Assembly (NCBI RefSeq): GCF_009914755.1
Contig: NC_060925.1
Reading direction: 5' to 3' (one strand)
Source of the DNA: the human T2T-CHM13v2.0 reference genome, Homo sapiens
Length of the DNA: 64,000 nt
Shown piece after piece: positions 1 through 11,144 of the stretch (position 1 is the stretch's first letter; the number at the start of each line of letters is the position of its first letter). Position numbers and translations under genes: made by a program. Below the pieces are notes generated by a model. That model searched no databases and was not told where the DNA came from. It saw only the letters and a program-made list of their open reading frames with translations.

Positions 1-382
1 TTCTGCTACACACTGCTTTTCGAAGCTGTGTACTCTCATTCTGGAACTTGATTCAAGTAGGACTGCCCTTGTAAAACATAAAAAAAAAAAAAAAGAAGCA
101 ACGAATGGCTTCTACTGATAACCACAGATAACAATGTTTGGGAATAAGTAGTTCAAACTCCAGGCGTAAGCAACACATCCTCCCTTCCCTAGGCCACTCT
201 CAATAAAGACACTGTATTTGAGGGAGTACCCGAAGCAGAGAGGGCAGAGCAGAGCAGGACCAGGCTATTCAGACCTGGGGGGTCAGGGTTGATGGAGACC
301 AGGAGTGCCAGTGTTCCTCTGACTCTTCAACCACAGCCATTGCTACAGCAAGGGTAGCAGTTGCTGCTGGTTTGGGGCTTAG

Positions 383-545
383 CTGTGTCAGGCTGTGTGC
401 ACCTCCTCATTAATTCTCATCACTACCCTTGAAGGAAAGGGCTATTATGAACCCATTTTTCAGCTGAGGGAGCTGAGACCTTGAGAAGTTGAGGAACTTG
501 CCTGAGCTCACAGCTTGGATCTAAATCCCAGACCTGTGACTGCCT
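383..545 (-). mobile_element. MIR SINE remnant
   Basis: cccatttttcagctgagggagctgagaccttgagaagttgaggaacttgcctgagctcacagc matches the reverse complement of the MIR core. Confidence 0.75.
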
Positions 546-614
546 CCAGCCCCTGCCCCAACCACTGCACTCACTGCCACGCACTCCTGGTGTCCATTTG
601 TGCCTATTGGAGGG

Positions 615-770
615 CTCATCTCCACAACCACCCTGGGAGGAAGGGGCTGATGGAAGCACCGTCCCCAACTACAGATGAGGAAAGGGCCCAGAGAGGGGAG
701 GCGGCTTTCCCAAAGTCACACAGAAAGGAAGTGGTGGAGTCGGAATGGGAAGCCCTGTGGGCCTGACTCC
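615..770 (-). mobile_element. MIR SINE remnant
   Basis: tacagatgaggaaagggcccagagagggg...cccaaagtcacacag, MIR core in reverse. Confidence 0.75.
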
Positions 771-2687
771 TCCTCCAGGGCACCATCCCCTGCTCCCCCT
801 CCCAGCCTTTCCAAGGAAAGTGCAGAGACAAGACTGGGGGCCTCTCTTCCCCACAGGTAACAGCCTGGGCAATGGGAGAGCCTCCATCCCTCAGCAGCTC
901 CTGCCTGGTGGCCAAGCCCCTCCTAGGTCTACAGCACACCCCATCTTCTCCCCCTCTGAGCCCCAGGGCTGTTACTTCCTTAATACGCCTTCTTTAATTA
1001 TTACCTTCAAGGAAAGAATCAGGAGGTAAACACAAAGACCTGCTGCTAATAATTAAAAGCATCCCACCTCCCTTACATGCAAATGGAGGCCCCACTCTGC
1101 AGCCGCTGCAATAGCCTGTGATGGCCTCCATCAGGGCTGAACAGCTCCCCATGCAGGGTGCACCTTGCTGTCCTGCAGGTGCCAGGGCCAAGCAGGGGTG
1201 CCACATTGTTTAGAGTAAACAGGCAGGTCCATGTCTCTGGGGCCAAATGGCCTGGTATGGGCTGGTGCCACAGAGGTGGCTAGAGCATCAACAGCACTAG
1301 GATGCCGGGAGACACAGGCATGGGACCCCCTTTAGCCCTTGCACTGCACCTGGGCCCAGCCCAGTCTAGACGCCACCAGGCCCACAAAGGTGGGCAGCAG
1401 GGGACACTGCTGGGGATTGGGGCACCTCTTGGGAGGCCCTTCTCTGATGCTATCTGGATACCTGGAGCTGCCAGGCCGGACCTGGGTGCTCTTTCCCTTG
1501 GCTGGTCCATCCCCAGCCCCTCTGCTTTGATCATGGAATTTGGCCTCCCCAGTGCTCAGGTGCTTAGGCCCCAGGTTCCTCCTGGACTGTGCTGGTGAAC
1601 AGTTGTCCAGCCCTAAAGCCAGCCCCAAAACTGGGCCCAGCCTAGCCTGCTCCACTCCACCCCTAGGGAAGAAAGACAGAGAATAAGGACAGGAAGAACC
1701 TCTTTTCACCCGCACGCTTCCCCTAGAGCAGTGGCTGCGTGGACAGTGGAGTGTGTGGGTGCCCACGTGGCAGCAGTGCCCACTGGGAGGCGTGCAGGCT
1801 TGGGAGGTGAGCCCTGCTTCCTGTTCTGCCACTTACTAAATGTGAGGCTTAAGTCAGGTTACTCAATCCTCCCTGAATCCCAGGTTCCTCACCTCTAAAT
1901 AATACCTTTTTTGGAACCTAGTTTTCCCCTTGATAAACTACAAAAAGCACTTATACATTCATCTACCTCTAAGCCTGGAGAAGTCAGGGGTCGCGTCTAT
2001 ATTTTGCCACTGCTCCCCAGTGCTCAGCTCATAGTAGGACCTCAGTCAAATGTATGTTAAGTAAGCGCATGGTCAAGACATCTCTGCTAGCCTCAGCTCT
2101 CAGCCCTGCTGGAAATGAAGGGCACCAGCACAAAACGCCAAGGCATGTACTTGCACATAAAAATCCCAGAGGCCCTGGAGTCCAGCCTCCCCTCCCGACT
2201 CCTCTTCTTGGATGCTCACAGGTCACCTGCCTAAGCCCATCCTCGGCAATCCATCCAGGAAGTGAGACTAAGTTTGAGTGGGATCATGGATCCGATGTGC
2301 CAAGTCTTGCTCCGTAAACAGGGCTCCATCTCCGTCCTTCTCTGATCCAGGCTCAGGCTGTTAACTCCACCCAGGCCAGAAAGTGTATGAGCAGCTCATG
2401 TCCTGCCACTGGAATGCATTCTGGAACTCACTGTGTAGCCAGGGCTGGGACCACACCTGTCAGAGGGGAGCCCTGGGCCCTGGCAACCAACTGAACCCAT
2501 CCCTCTCTGGACCTACTCCTCACTGTACAGCCTGCATTTCTATCCTGGCACTCTTTCAGAACAGCCTGCCATCCCATGCCCTGTCTGCCTCACTCTTTCC
2601 ATCTCCTCTCTTGTGGGAAGGTCTGGGAGCTCATTCCTCAGCTGATGGGGCCTATGAGAGAGAAGGCAGAGGCATGGGTGGCAGAGG

Positions 2688-3548
2688 TGAGAGACAAGAC
2701 TAGCTGGACTTCCTATGCCAACTAAGAATTCCTAAGCCTAGCTGGGGAAGGTGACCGCACTCACCTTTAAACACGGGGCTTATAACTCAGCTCACACCTG
2801 ACCAATCAGGTAGTAAAAAGAGCTCACTAAAATACCAATTAGGCTAAAAGCAGGAGGTAAAGAAATAATCAAATCATCTATCGCCAGAGAGCACAGGGAG
2901 AGGGAAAATGATTGGGATATAAACCCAGGCATTTGAGCTGGATTGGGCAACCCCCTTTGGGTCCCCTCCTGTTGGATGGGAGCTCTGTTTACACTCTATT
3001 AAATCTTGCAACAGCACACTCTTCTGGTCCATGTTTGTTCCGGCTCGAGCTGAGCTTTTGCTCCCTGTCCACCACTGCTGATCAATGCTGTTGCAGACCC
3101 ACTGCTGACTTCCACCCCTCCGGATCCGGCAGGGTGTCCACTGTGCTTCTGATCCAGTGAGGCGCCGATTGCCGCTCCCCATAGGGCTAGAGGCTCGCCA
3201 TTGTTCCTGCACAGCTAAGTGCCCAGGTTCATCCTAATCAAACTGAACACTAGTCGCTGGGTTCCACAATTCTCTTCAGTGACCCTTGGCTTCTAATAGA
3301 GGTATAACACTCACCACATGGCCCAAGTTTCCATTCCTTGGAATCCATGAGGCCAAGAACCCCAGGTCAGAGAACAAAAGGCTTGCGGCCATCTTGGGAG
3401 CAGCCCGCCACCATCTTGCTGCCATCTTGGGAGTGGCCCGCCACCATCTTGGGAGCGGCCCACCACCATCTTGGGAGCGGCCCACCACCATCTTGGGAGC
3501 GCCTGCCACCATCTTGGGAGCTCTAAGAACAAAGACCCGCTGGTAACA
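2688..3548 (+). mobile_element. Solo LTR17 (HERV-W/HERV17 LTR), full length
   Basis: Begins TGAGAGACAAGACTAGCTGGA and ends GGTAACA. CCAAT at 2802, TATAAA at 2918, ATTAAA at 2998. Perfect 4-bp TSD GAGG (2684-2687 / 3549-3552). Confidence 0.95.
3385..3522 (+). repeat. ~22-bp tandem array of (C/G)CCATCTTGGGAG units inside LTR17 U5
   Basis: CCATCTTG at 3389, 3411, 3422, 3444, 3466, 3488, 3509. Confidence 0.9.
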
Positions 3549-4865
3549 GAGGCAGGGGTGTTGACGGGAGAGCAGAACCCCTCCCACCTCTGTTCTCCAA
3601 GGCAAAACCATCAACCCTCAGAGAAGGTAGGAGAGTGAGTCAGACATCCCCTCTCCCTGTGGGGACAGGGCTGAGTGGGGAGCAGAGCAGAGACAGGCCG
3701 CATCACAGGGCAGAGAAAATGACCCAAGGTGTAATGAGCTCAGCCGCGCGAAGGGCCCCCTCCTCACCCTCCGTCTTGGTGCACAGCAAATCCTTATTCC
3801 CTCATAGTTCATGCTCCAAGTGGATTGCTTTTTTTCTCTTGACAAGAGTGTAGTTCATTTAAGGTTCTTTGATGGTTATTTTATTTCTCCCAGGTATATT
3901 CTATATGAGAAAATCAATTCCAAGAAATTATTAGATCCATTAACAAGTGCTAACCAGCCAACTGTTGGAGGAAAGGGCTTTAGACCAGGAGAGGACAGAA
4001 AGGAAACTCTGACCAGGCTGTTCCAGGAGGAGTCCTGGAGCAGAATTCACACCCAAGGTTTGGAAGTCTTCAAAACTGACATTAAAGTGCATTTTGGAGT
4101 CTAAAGAAGGTGACTAAATTCAGCAGAGCCACAAATCAGCCCCATGCAGTGATGGGAGGAGACCCCCCTGACTCAGCCCTGAAGCTGCATAGCTCCCTGA
4201 AGGCTGTGAGCACGTTAGTGAACAGCCTATTTGTTCCCATGTCCCCTTTCAATGTGAACATCAGTCATTGCACACCTGCTTGGGCAGTAGGGAAGGAAGA
4301 AACCAAAATACCATATCGGCACTGTTCTCTTCCACGGACCAGGTAGGGCAGGAGAATCTGATCCAGGGGAGACCTTTCAGGAGGCAGATCAGAGGACTGA
4401 GGGAGGATGGGAAGGAGAGGCAGAGTGACTCCCTATATCCCACCACCAGAGTGAGGCTACAGAAGGGCAAAGCGGTTAGGTGACCGCCAGTGAGGTTCCA
4501 AGTAGGGTCGTCCAGAGAGGCCTCCAAAACCCAGTGCCCTCCCTGTAATGGCCTCCATGAGGGCCGAAGGGTTAACTGTGAAGCTCAAAGTCCCAGAGGC
4601 CTCTCCCTGCCTTCCCACACTGTGATGAATTCAGTTTGGCAAAGGAGTATTTATGCTGGAAATTTAATCATTTCTCATAATAAAGGAAGTAAAAAATAAA
4701 TTGAAAGTGTCAAATACTGCATTAGGAGGGGTGATCGAGTGAGGCGGGGGCCGACCGCCTGGCCTTCGCATTGGGTAGTTTCACAAACCCGAGGATTTAG
4801 GCAAGTTTCTTTTTCCATAATTATACAATCAAGAACCAAGGTGATGGGGCCACAAGCATGGGGAC

Positions 4866-5270
4866 AGCAGTGTGCTAGAGCTGATGATGAATGAATGCTC
4901 AGGAGCTCTGCCAGCCAGTTGTTAAACACAGACAATGTTAACAATTAAATGATATTAACTTACAATGTAATAAATTACATTAAAAACAAAGGCAATAGTT
5001 GTCCTGAATGCAAACAAACAAACAAAAAAAACCCAAAGGCAATAAACACTCAAAAGTCATCAATTCCTAATTACGTCATAATATTTTACCACTGTGTATG
5101 CTAGTGAGATGATTTACTCACATTGCATGTGTATGGTAGGAATATTAAATAATGATGTGTTATTCCGTGTCTCTCCCAAACTTCACATTTAGTGACATAG
5201 CATTGCTCATCTGAAATTGGCCATGGCGGGAGTATTTATACCACAGAGAGTGGTGGATACCACATATCAG
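4866..5270. mobile_element. MER63-family hAT (Blackjack) DNA transposon remnant
   Basis: cagcagtgtgctagagc terminus; gccagttgttaaacacag; gaaattggccatggcgggagtatttataccac match recalled MER63 consensus. Confidence 0.75.
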
Positions 5271-5894
5271 GGTCCAATCAGGAGACAGAAATCACAAAAG
5301 TAATTTGAACAGGGAAAATTTAAAGAATTATTAACTAGTAAAAGATGATTAATTACTAAATAGAATAAAATAGGATGCTAATAAATGTAGAAATAGAAAA
5401 TGCAGGGAGAGCCTACTACCTCTAGGGCCAAAGAAGAGTCCCCAAGGAAGGAATGATGTTGGAAGAGAGTCACATTGTTCAAGGCCAAGATTCAGCATTG
5501 TTGGAAATGGTATGACTGTGGCCCAGCAGATACAGGAGAAGTTCCCGGGGATGCCACAAACTAGAAATGGTCCTTAGTCAGTGGCCCAATGCTAGTGAGT
5601 AGGAAGCCACCCTCTGGGTGATAACAAAGCTCACTGGAAGGTGAGAGCCACCGGGTCACTCTAATGCCACCAGCAGTCTTGCCACAGGAACAAGAAGCAA
5701 AGAAAACCCAGAACCCGGACAAGAAGTCCCATCCTCTTCTATAGCCTTGCAGTGTCTCCCCAGCACCCCCTACAGACCAGGTGTAACATTACATCACCTG
5801 GCATAGAAGAAATTTTCGGTGTCCAGCTTCAGTATCAAAAAAACAAGATAAAGAAGAAATTTGAGCTAAGAGGCAATAAATTGATAGTGGGCAC
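5265..5894 (-). mobile_element. ERVL-class LTR (LTR50/LTR41-like)
   Basis: cagggtccaatcaggagacagaaatcac...gtaatttgaacagggaaa at one end and gagctaagaggcaataaattgatagtgggcaca at the other. Its reverse complement resembles the LTR at 61168-61750. Confidence 0.7.
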
Positions 5895-6049
5895 AGTCCC
5901 CTAATTCTCAGAGCATTCATAGAGAGATCTTTTCTAAAGACACCAAGTGCTGGAAGTGGGCAAAGCTACAAGACCTCATCTGATGCCAGAATCCTCTCCA
6001 TAAAAATCAAGCATTGATGGTAAAATCATCAGCTCCCAGCCGAGCATGC

Positions 6050-6212
6050 ATGTAGTGTATTACATATACTATCTCATTTAATTCTCACAGTAACCCAAAG
6101 AGGTGGGTAACTTTATAATCCCCATTTTTTCAAATGAGAGACTGGGTCAGAGAGAGGTGAAATTGTCCTGAAAAAAGCACAACAACTGTCATTCCAGTCC
6201 AGTTTGTCCTGA
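6050..6212 (-). mobile_element. MIR SINE remnant
   Basis: atctcatttaattctcacagtaaccc...ccccattttttcaaatgagagactgggtcagagagaggtgaa. Confidence 0.75.
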
Positions 6213-6244
6213 TATTATGACCCCCACTAAGTAGTTACCTAATT

Positions 6245-6480
6245 ACTACTTGCATATCCATAGCGGGGGAGCTTATCGCCTCTGGAGGTAGCTCATTCCA
6301 CCTCTGGACAGCTTTGGCTGTTGAAATACCTTCCTTTGGCCCACACTGAGGGCATGTACTCCCTCTTCCACAGGACAGTCCTTTCTGTATTTGAGAATAT
6401 TTCTTTTGTCTCTCCAAGGTTCTTCCTTCTGCAGGCGCAACAGCCCTGCTTCCTCAGCATTCTGCATCACACTGCCCCTT
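6245..6480 (-). mobile_element. CR1/L3 LINE 3' remnant
   Basis: Minus-strand translation EEAGLLRLQKEEPWRDKRNILKYRKDCPVEEG resembles the CR1 ORF2 C-terminus ([26 protein letters not shown]); KAVQRWNELP also matches. Confidence 0.75.
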
Positions 6481-7865
6481 CATCAAGTTGGTCATACTCT
6501 TCTGACCAAGCTCAAGTTTTCAGTCTTTCTTTTACATTTATTTTCTTGCAAAGGTGGATGCAGTTCCCTCGGGATGACCTTCCCAGGGCAGAGCCCCATT
6601 TCCTGCCTCTGCTTGTCCCAACGATCTAGCAAACCAAGTCAGATAATTTCTCTCTGGGCCTGGGTTTTCCTATTCTCTAATTCTAGGGCAAAAGATAAAT
6701 ATGTCTAACTGGGTTTCGGTAACAGTCCACACAGTTACATATGAGAAAGTGCCTAGCATAGTGGTTGACTCAATAAAGATTGGAAGAATCTAGATCTAGT
6801 CCACTGATATTTGGAGAAAACCAGGGAATTATTCCCAACCCCACTGAAGGACAGAGCAGGAACTAGAATCAGAGTTTCCTGATACTTAAGCCTGACTTCT
6901 CTCATTTTAGAGGCAAAACCAGCTTCTCTCTTGGAATTCGCAACTCATCACATCACATAAGGGTGGCTACATGCCCTTCTCAGACAAGTATCCAGCGTGA
7001 ATCAGGAGTATATCCACGGCGACAGCCATGACTGGATCAGCCCTGGTCCCTCTGAGTCCTTTTCTCCTCTCCCTCCCTCCTTTGATGATCCTACATCCTG
7101 CATTAGCTGAGAGAATTTGTGGGAGTCCCCGATGCTGGGTGGGGCCCCTCTGAGGACTGTTGCATCTTCCCTATAATGATGTTCATTAGTCTGTCTGACT
7201 TCAATACTGTTCTCAGGTTAATATGTTTAACTTAATGAGGCATTTATTTTCAGCTGGAAAAGTCCTGAAGAAGCATGTTTTCTCCTGATGAGTGCAGCTG
7301 ATGAATAGATTAATGCTGGGCTTGAAATAGTTGGTTAAGAAAATGAATCTAAGTGACATCTTCATCAGATATAGGCTGTACTTAAATTAATTTGTGTTAA
7401 ACTGCTTAGGGGAAGAAACAGGAAGAAAATCCTTCCTTGGCTCTGTGAGTTGTCTTCCGTTTGCCCATTTGTTTTTCCTTCCCTTCCCCACCGACACCCC
7501 AGTATCGGAGGATAGGGAAATGCCAAGGGCCAGCATGTGATGAGTTGGGGAAAAAAGTCTACAATTAAGCAGCCAGAGAGTCGAGAACAGAAGGGGCCTT
7601 TGTGTGGCCTCAGAGGCCACAGCAATGTGTTCACATAGCTGGGAGTCTGGCCGGTCCCTCTCTGGCATTTAAAAGCTCTGTGGGGTTCACTATTGCAGCC
7701 CCAGTGCTCAGCACATATTGCGCACAAAATAGGTATTTGTCGAAGAGTGAGGTAGAAACTCACCAAATGGTAGCTCTATTGTTATTCATGGAATCACATG
7801 AGATCAAGAGAAGATGCCTAATGTCCCAGGCACATCTAGTGGATGAGCCAAGGTTCAGTGACCCC

Positions 7866-7915
7866 TGACCCAAAGGCCAAAGATGACCCAAAGGCCAAAG
7901 ATGACCCAAAGGCCA
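7866..7915 (+). repeat. 18-bp tandem repeat (TGACCCAAAGGCCAAAGA) x2.8
   Basis: Identical units starting at 7866, 7884 and 7902 (third partial). Confidence 0.9.
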
Positions 7916-8283
7916 GTCTTCTTTGATAACTTGACCAGGAGCTCCTCTCACCTCATTCTCCCCATGGGCACCTGGAGTCACTGCCAGCCCTGAGTGACAC
8001 CAGCTGGTGCGCATTTTCCTTCCTCCTGGGAGTTTTGGGGCCACACCAATTCAGCACCTGCCTCTGCCCAGAAGTCAGAGAAAATGGATGGGGTTGTCAC
8101 TCTTTCCATTTCCATCCTGCCTGTTTAATAATCAGAATTCCCTCTGAGGGCAAGTCCAGCCCAAAATGGAAACAATGGAATATGTGTGTTGGGGAGTGGG
8201 GGTGGGGGTGTCTGCAGTGGAAAAAGTGTGGGCCTTACAGGAAACAGGGAAGTTCCTGCATCTCAGCTCTGCCACCTGCCAGC

Positions 8284-8828
8284 TGTATTAGTTGTTTATT
8301 GCTGCCTAACAAATTGTTCCAAATTTAACAGCTTCAAACAACACCTGTTTATCATCTCACGGCTTCTGTAGGTGAGAAATGTGGACACAGCTTAGCTGGG
8401 CTCTCTGCTCAGGGTCTCACGAGGCTGAAATCGAGGTGCCTTCGAAGCCCTGTTCTCATTTGTAGGCTCAAATAGGGAAAGATCTGCTTCCAATTTCATT
8501 CAGGTTGTTGACAGAATTCATTTCCTTGTGATTGTAAAATGCATGGCAGCTTGCTTCAAAGCCAGTGTTGAAGAAAGTCTCTATAGCGCTCCGTGTCTGA
8601 CCTTCTTTAAAAGGACTCACCTGATTAGCTCTGACCCACCCAGTATAACCTCCCCTTTGATTGATTTAAAGTCCACTCATTAAGAGCTTTGATTACATCT
8701 GCAAAATCCCTTCACCTTGACCACATTCAATCAGTAAAGGAAGTTATACATCCTGTCAACACTCAAGGAAAAGGAATTATATAAGGGTATGAATTATTAG
8801 GGGTTATCTTAGGATTCTGCCCACCACA
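8284..8828 (-). mobile_element. MaLR LTR, MLT1E-like, nested in a MIR
   Basis: tgtattagttgtttattgctgcctaacaaat...ttctgcccaccaca. The flanks rejoin as MIR (cagctctgccacctgccagc|tgagagaatatgggaaag). Confidence 0.8.
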
Positions 8829-9161
8829 TCAACTGAGAGAATATGGGAAAGTCTCTGTCTATGAGGCTACCTATCCTTAGTTGTAAATAATGATAATGTT
8901 GCCTTATTCAGGATTTGTAAAATAATTAAATGAAATCATATATATAAACAGATAGGACAATCCAGAGGGCACTCACAGAGTGTGTTAAACTGAGTTGAAA
9001 GATAAAGGAGGTGCTGTCACTAGGAACAGGTAAAATTTTACCTTCCACCTTCCTCAAATCTGTCTTCTCTCATTGCTATGGATGTGTTCTCTGATTCTAT
9101 GTGGTTTCCAAATGGATCTTGACTCTGGAATTCTGTTTCCTGAGTCTTAGTCCTGGTTTCC

Positions 9162-9499
9162 TGTCTTGGTCCATTTGTGCAGCTATTTTTAAAAGCCTGA
9201 GACTAGGTGATTTATAAGCAATAGAAATTTATTCCTCATAGTTTTGGAGGCTGGAAGTCCATGATCAATGTGCCGGTAGGTTCAGTGTCTGTGAGGGCCC
9301 ACTCTTTGTTCCCAACATGGCTCTTTGCTGCTGTGTCCTCACACAGAAAAGCAGAGGGCAAAGATGGCCCCAGCTACTTCCCTCCAGCCCTTTTATGGGT
9401 CACTTATCCATTCTCAAAGAGTACCACCTCTTGATAACACCAAAATGGAGATTAAGGTTCCAACATGAATTCTGGAGGAAACACATTCAAACCATTGCG
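9162..9499 (-). mobile_element. MaLR LTR, MLT1A/MSTD-like
   Basis: tgtcttggtccatttgtgc...ggaggctggaagtcc...caacatgaattctggaggaaacacattcaaacc; near-TSD tttcc/cttcc. Confidence 0.8.
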
Positions 9500-10736
9500 C
9501 TTCCTCTCCCAGCTCCCACACATTCCTATTGGTTCAGCCAACTTGCTGCATCTGCTCTGTCAGGCCTGACAGCCAGCCCCTCTGGGGTCATGCATAACAA
9601 CCTCACCATGGCTCCTGAATGTTCCTCTTCCCTAATTTACCCAATGCCTTTTGGGTGAAGGCCTCTGTTGGTTCTCTTCAGCACCCTGGGAAGCTAGCCT
9701 GATTATCCTCCTCCTCCTCCAATGGAGATGGCATGGTCAAGGGAGGCTTTGGTGTCTTTTATGCTGCACAGCTAGGATGGACATGGCCTCAGGCCCTCAT
9801 CAGGAAGGACCAGGTCCGTCAGGCCACCCACCTGACTCTTGGAGAATCCTGTAGATCTTTGTGCTGTTGTCCTGACTCCAAAGGTGCCTGTCATCTGTGG
9901 GTTCCAAGACTCTGGGGAAAAGAGCAGGATGGGGAATTGGAAGGGGGGGGAAGATTGATTCTAGTAGGGAGGGAGGGATTTTCTGAAGGCAACTGTGTCC
10001 TCTTCCCCTTGGCCTTAAATGCACTGGGTAGGGCCAGTCCCTTGCTCTTCTTCAGCACCATTGACAGTGGCCACAGAGCCTTTGGTCCCGCACCCAACTT
10101 GTGTGTCCTGGCTTTTATGACTCAAAGACTGGTAGACTCATTCAGGGATTACCTCATTGAGTAGTCCTGCGCCTTTTCTTAGGGCTTAGGTGGAGAAATT
10201 CCAGGAGAGTTAAAGTGAGAAGTGACTAGAAGTGAATCTGCTGTGTGACCTCGAATCACTTCCCTTCTCTGGGCCACAACTCTAAATCCTATGATTCTAG
10301 GACTCCTGGTTTGAGAGGAAAGATGCAATATCTGTGAGTTACACAGCCCCAAGTGTGACCCTCTATAAGGGGAGGGCCCAACAGGCTGTGAGTCTGATGA
10401 CCTCCAATTATATTTGTGCTTCTAAGCATTGTAGCCTTCTGTTCTCCTGTGCAGCAGCAATTTGATAAAAGATTCCCCCAGTTGTGGCTGTGTTGATTCA
10501 TCAAACTAATTAAAGAGATATTATTAAGAGTTTCCTCACTGAGGGCCTCATGAAGTATTGAGAAGTCTTCCAAGTCAAGGAAGTAGCTCCCCGATTTAGA
10601 GAATGTTTTAGCAGGAAAGGCCTTCACAGTTTTCCATCCATCTTTTTTCATTCTACAGATGAGAGTTATATTTGTTTAACCTGTTCTTTCTTTTTATTCC
10701 TTTGTCTGCTTTCTCCTAAGTAAATTGATCATCCAT

Positions 10737-11144
10737 TGTATTAGTCCATTCTTGCATTGCTATGAAGAAATACCTGAGACTGGGTAATTTATAAAAAAAA
10801 AGAGGTGTAATTGACTCACGGTTCTGCAGGCTGTACAGGAAGCATAGCGGCTTCTGCTCAGCTTCTGGGGAGGCCTCAGGGAGCTTTTATTCACAGTGGA
10901 AGGCAAAGCAGAAGCAGACATCTTTTTTTAAGTGGCAGGAACGGGACCAAGAGAGAGGGAGGGGAAGTGCCACATACTTTGAAATGAGCAGATCTCACAA
11001 GAACTCACTCACTATCCCAAGCACAGCACCAAGGGGAAAGTTCTGCCCCACAATCCAGTCACCTCTCACCAGGCCCCACCTCCAACACTGGGGATTACAA
11101 TTCAACATGAGATCTGGGCAGGGACACAGATCTAAACCATATCA
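10737..11144 (-). mobile_element. MSTA MaLR solo LTR
   Basis: tgtattagtccattcttgcattgctatgaagaaatacctgagactgggtaattt...gggacacagatctaaaccatatca. Confidence 0.88.

Noticed and set aside
1-95. Minus-strand acceptor (polyT..TTTTACAAG) with a short open frame, or a processed-pseudogene tail
   Set aside because: Truncated by the window edge, weak AAG acceptor, and no TSD or poly(A) signal visible
1764-1793. E-box CACGTG and CTCF-like TGCCCACTGGGAGGCG
   Set aside because: The CTCF core lacks the conserved A; single motifs are uninformative without data
3276-3614. ORFs with repeated PKM/RHHL/PPS motifs
   Set aside because: Translation of the 22-bp array in LTR17 U5
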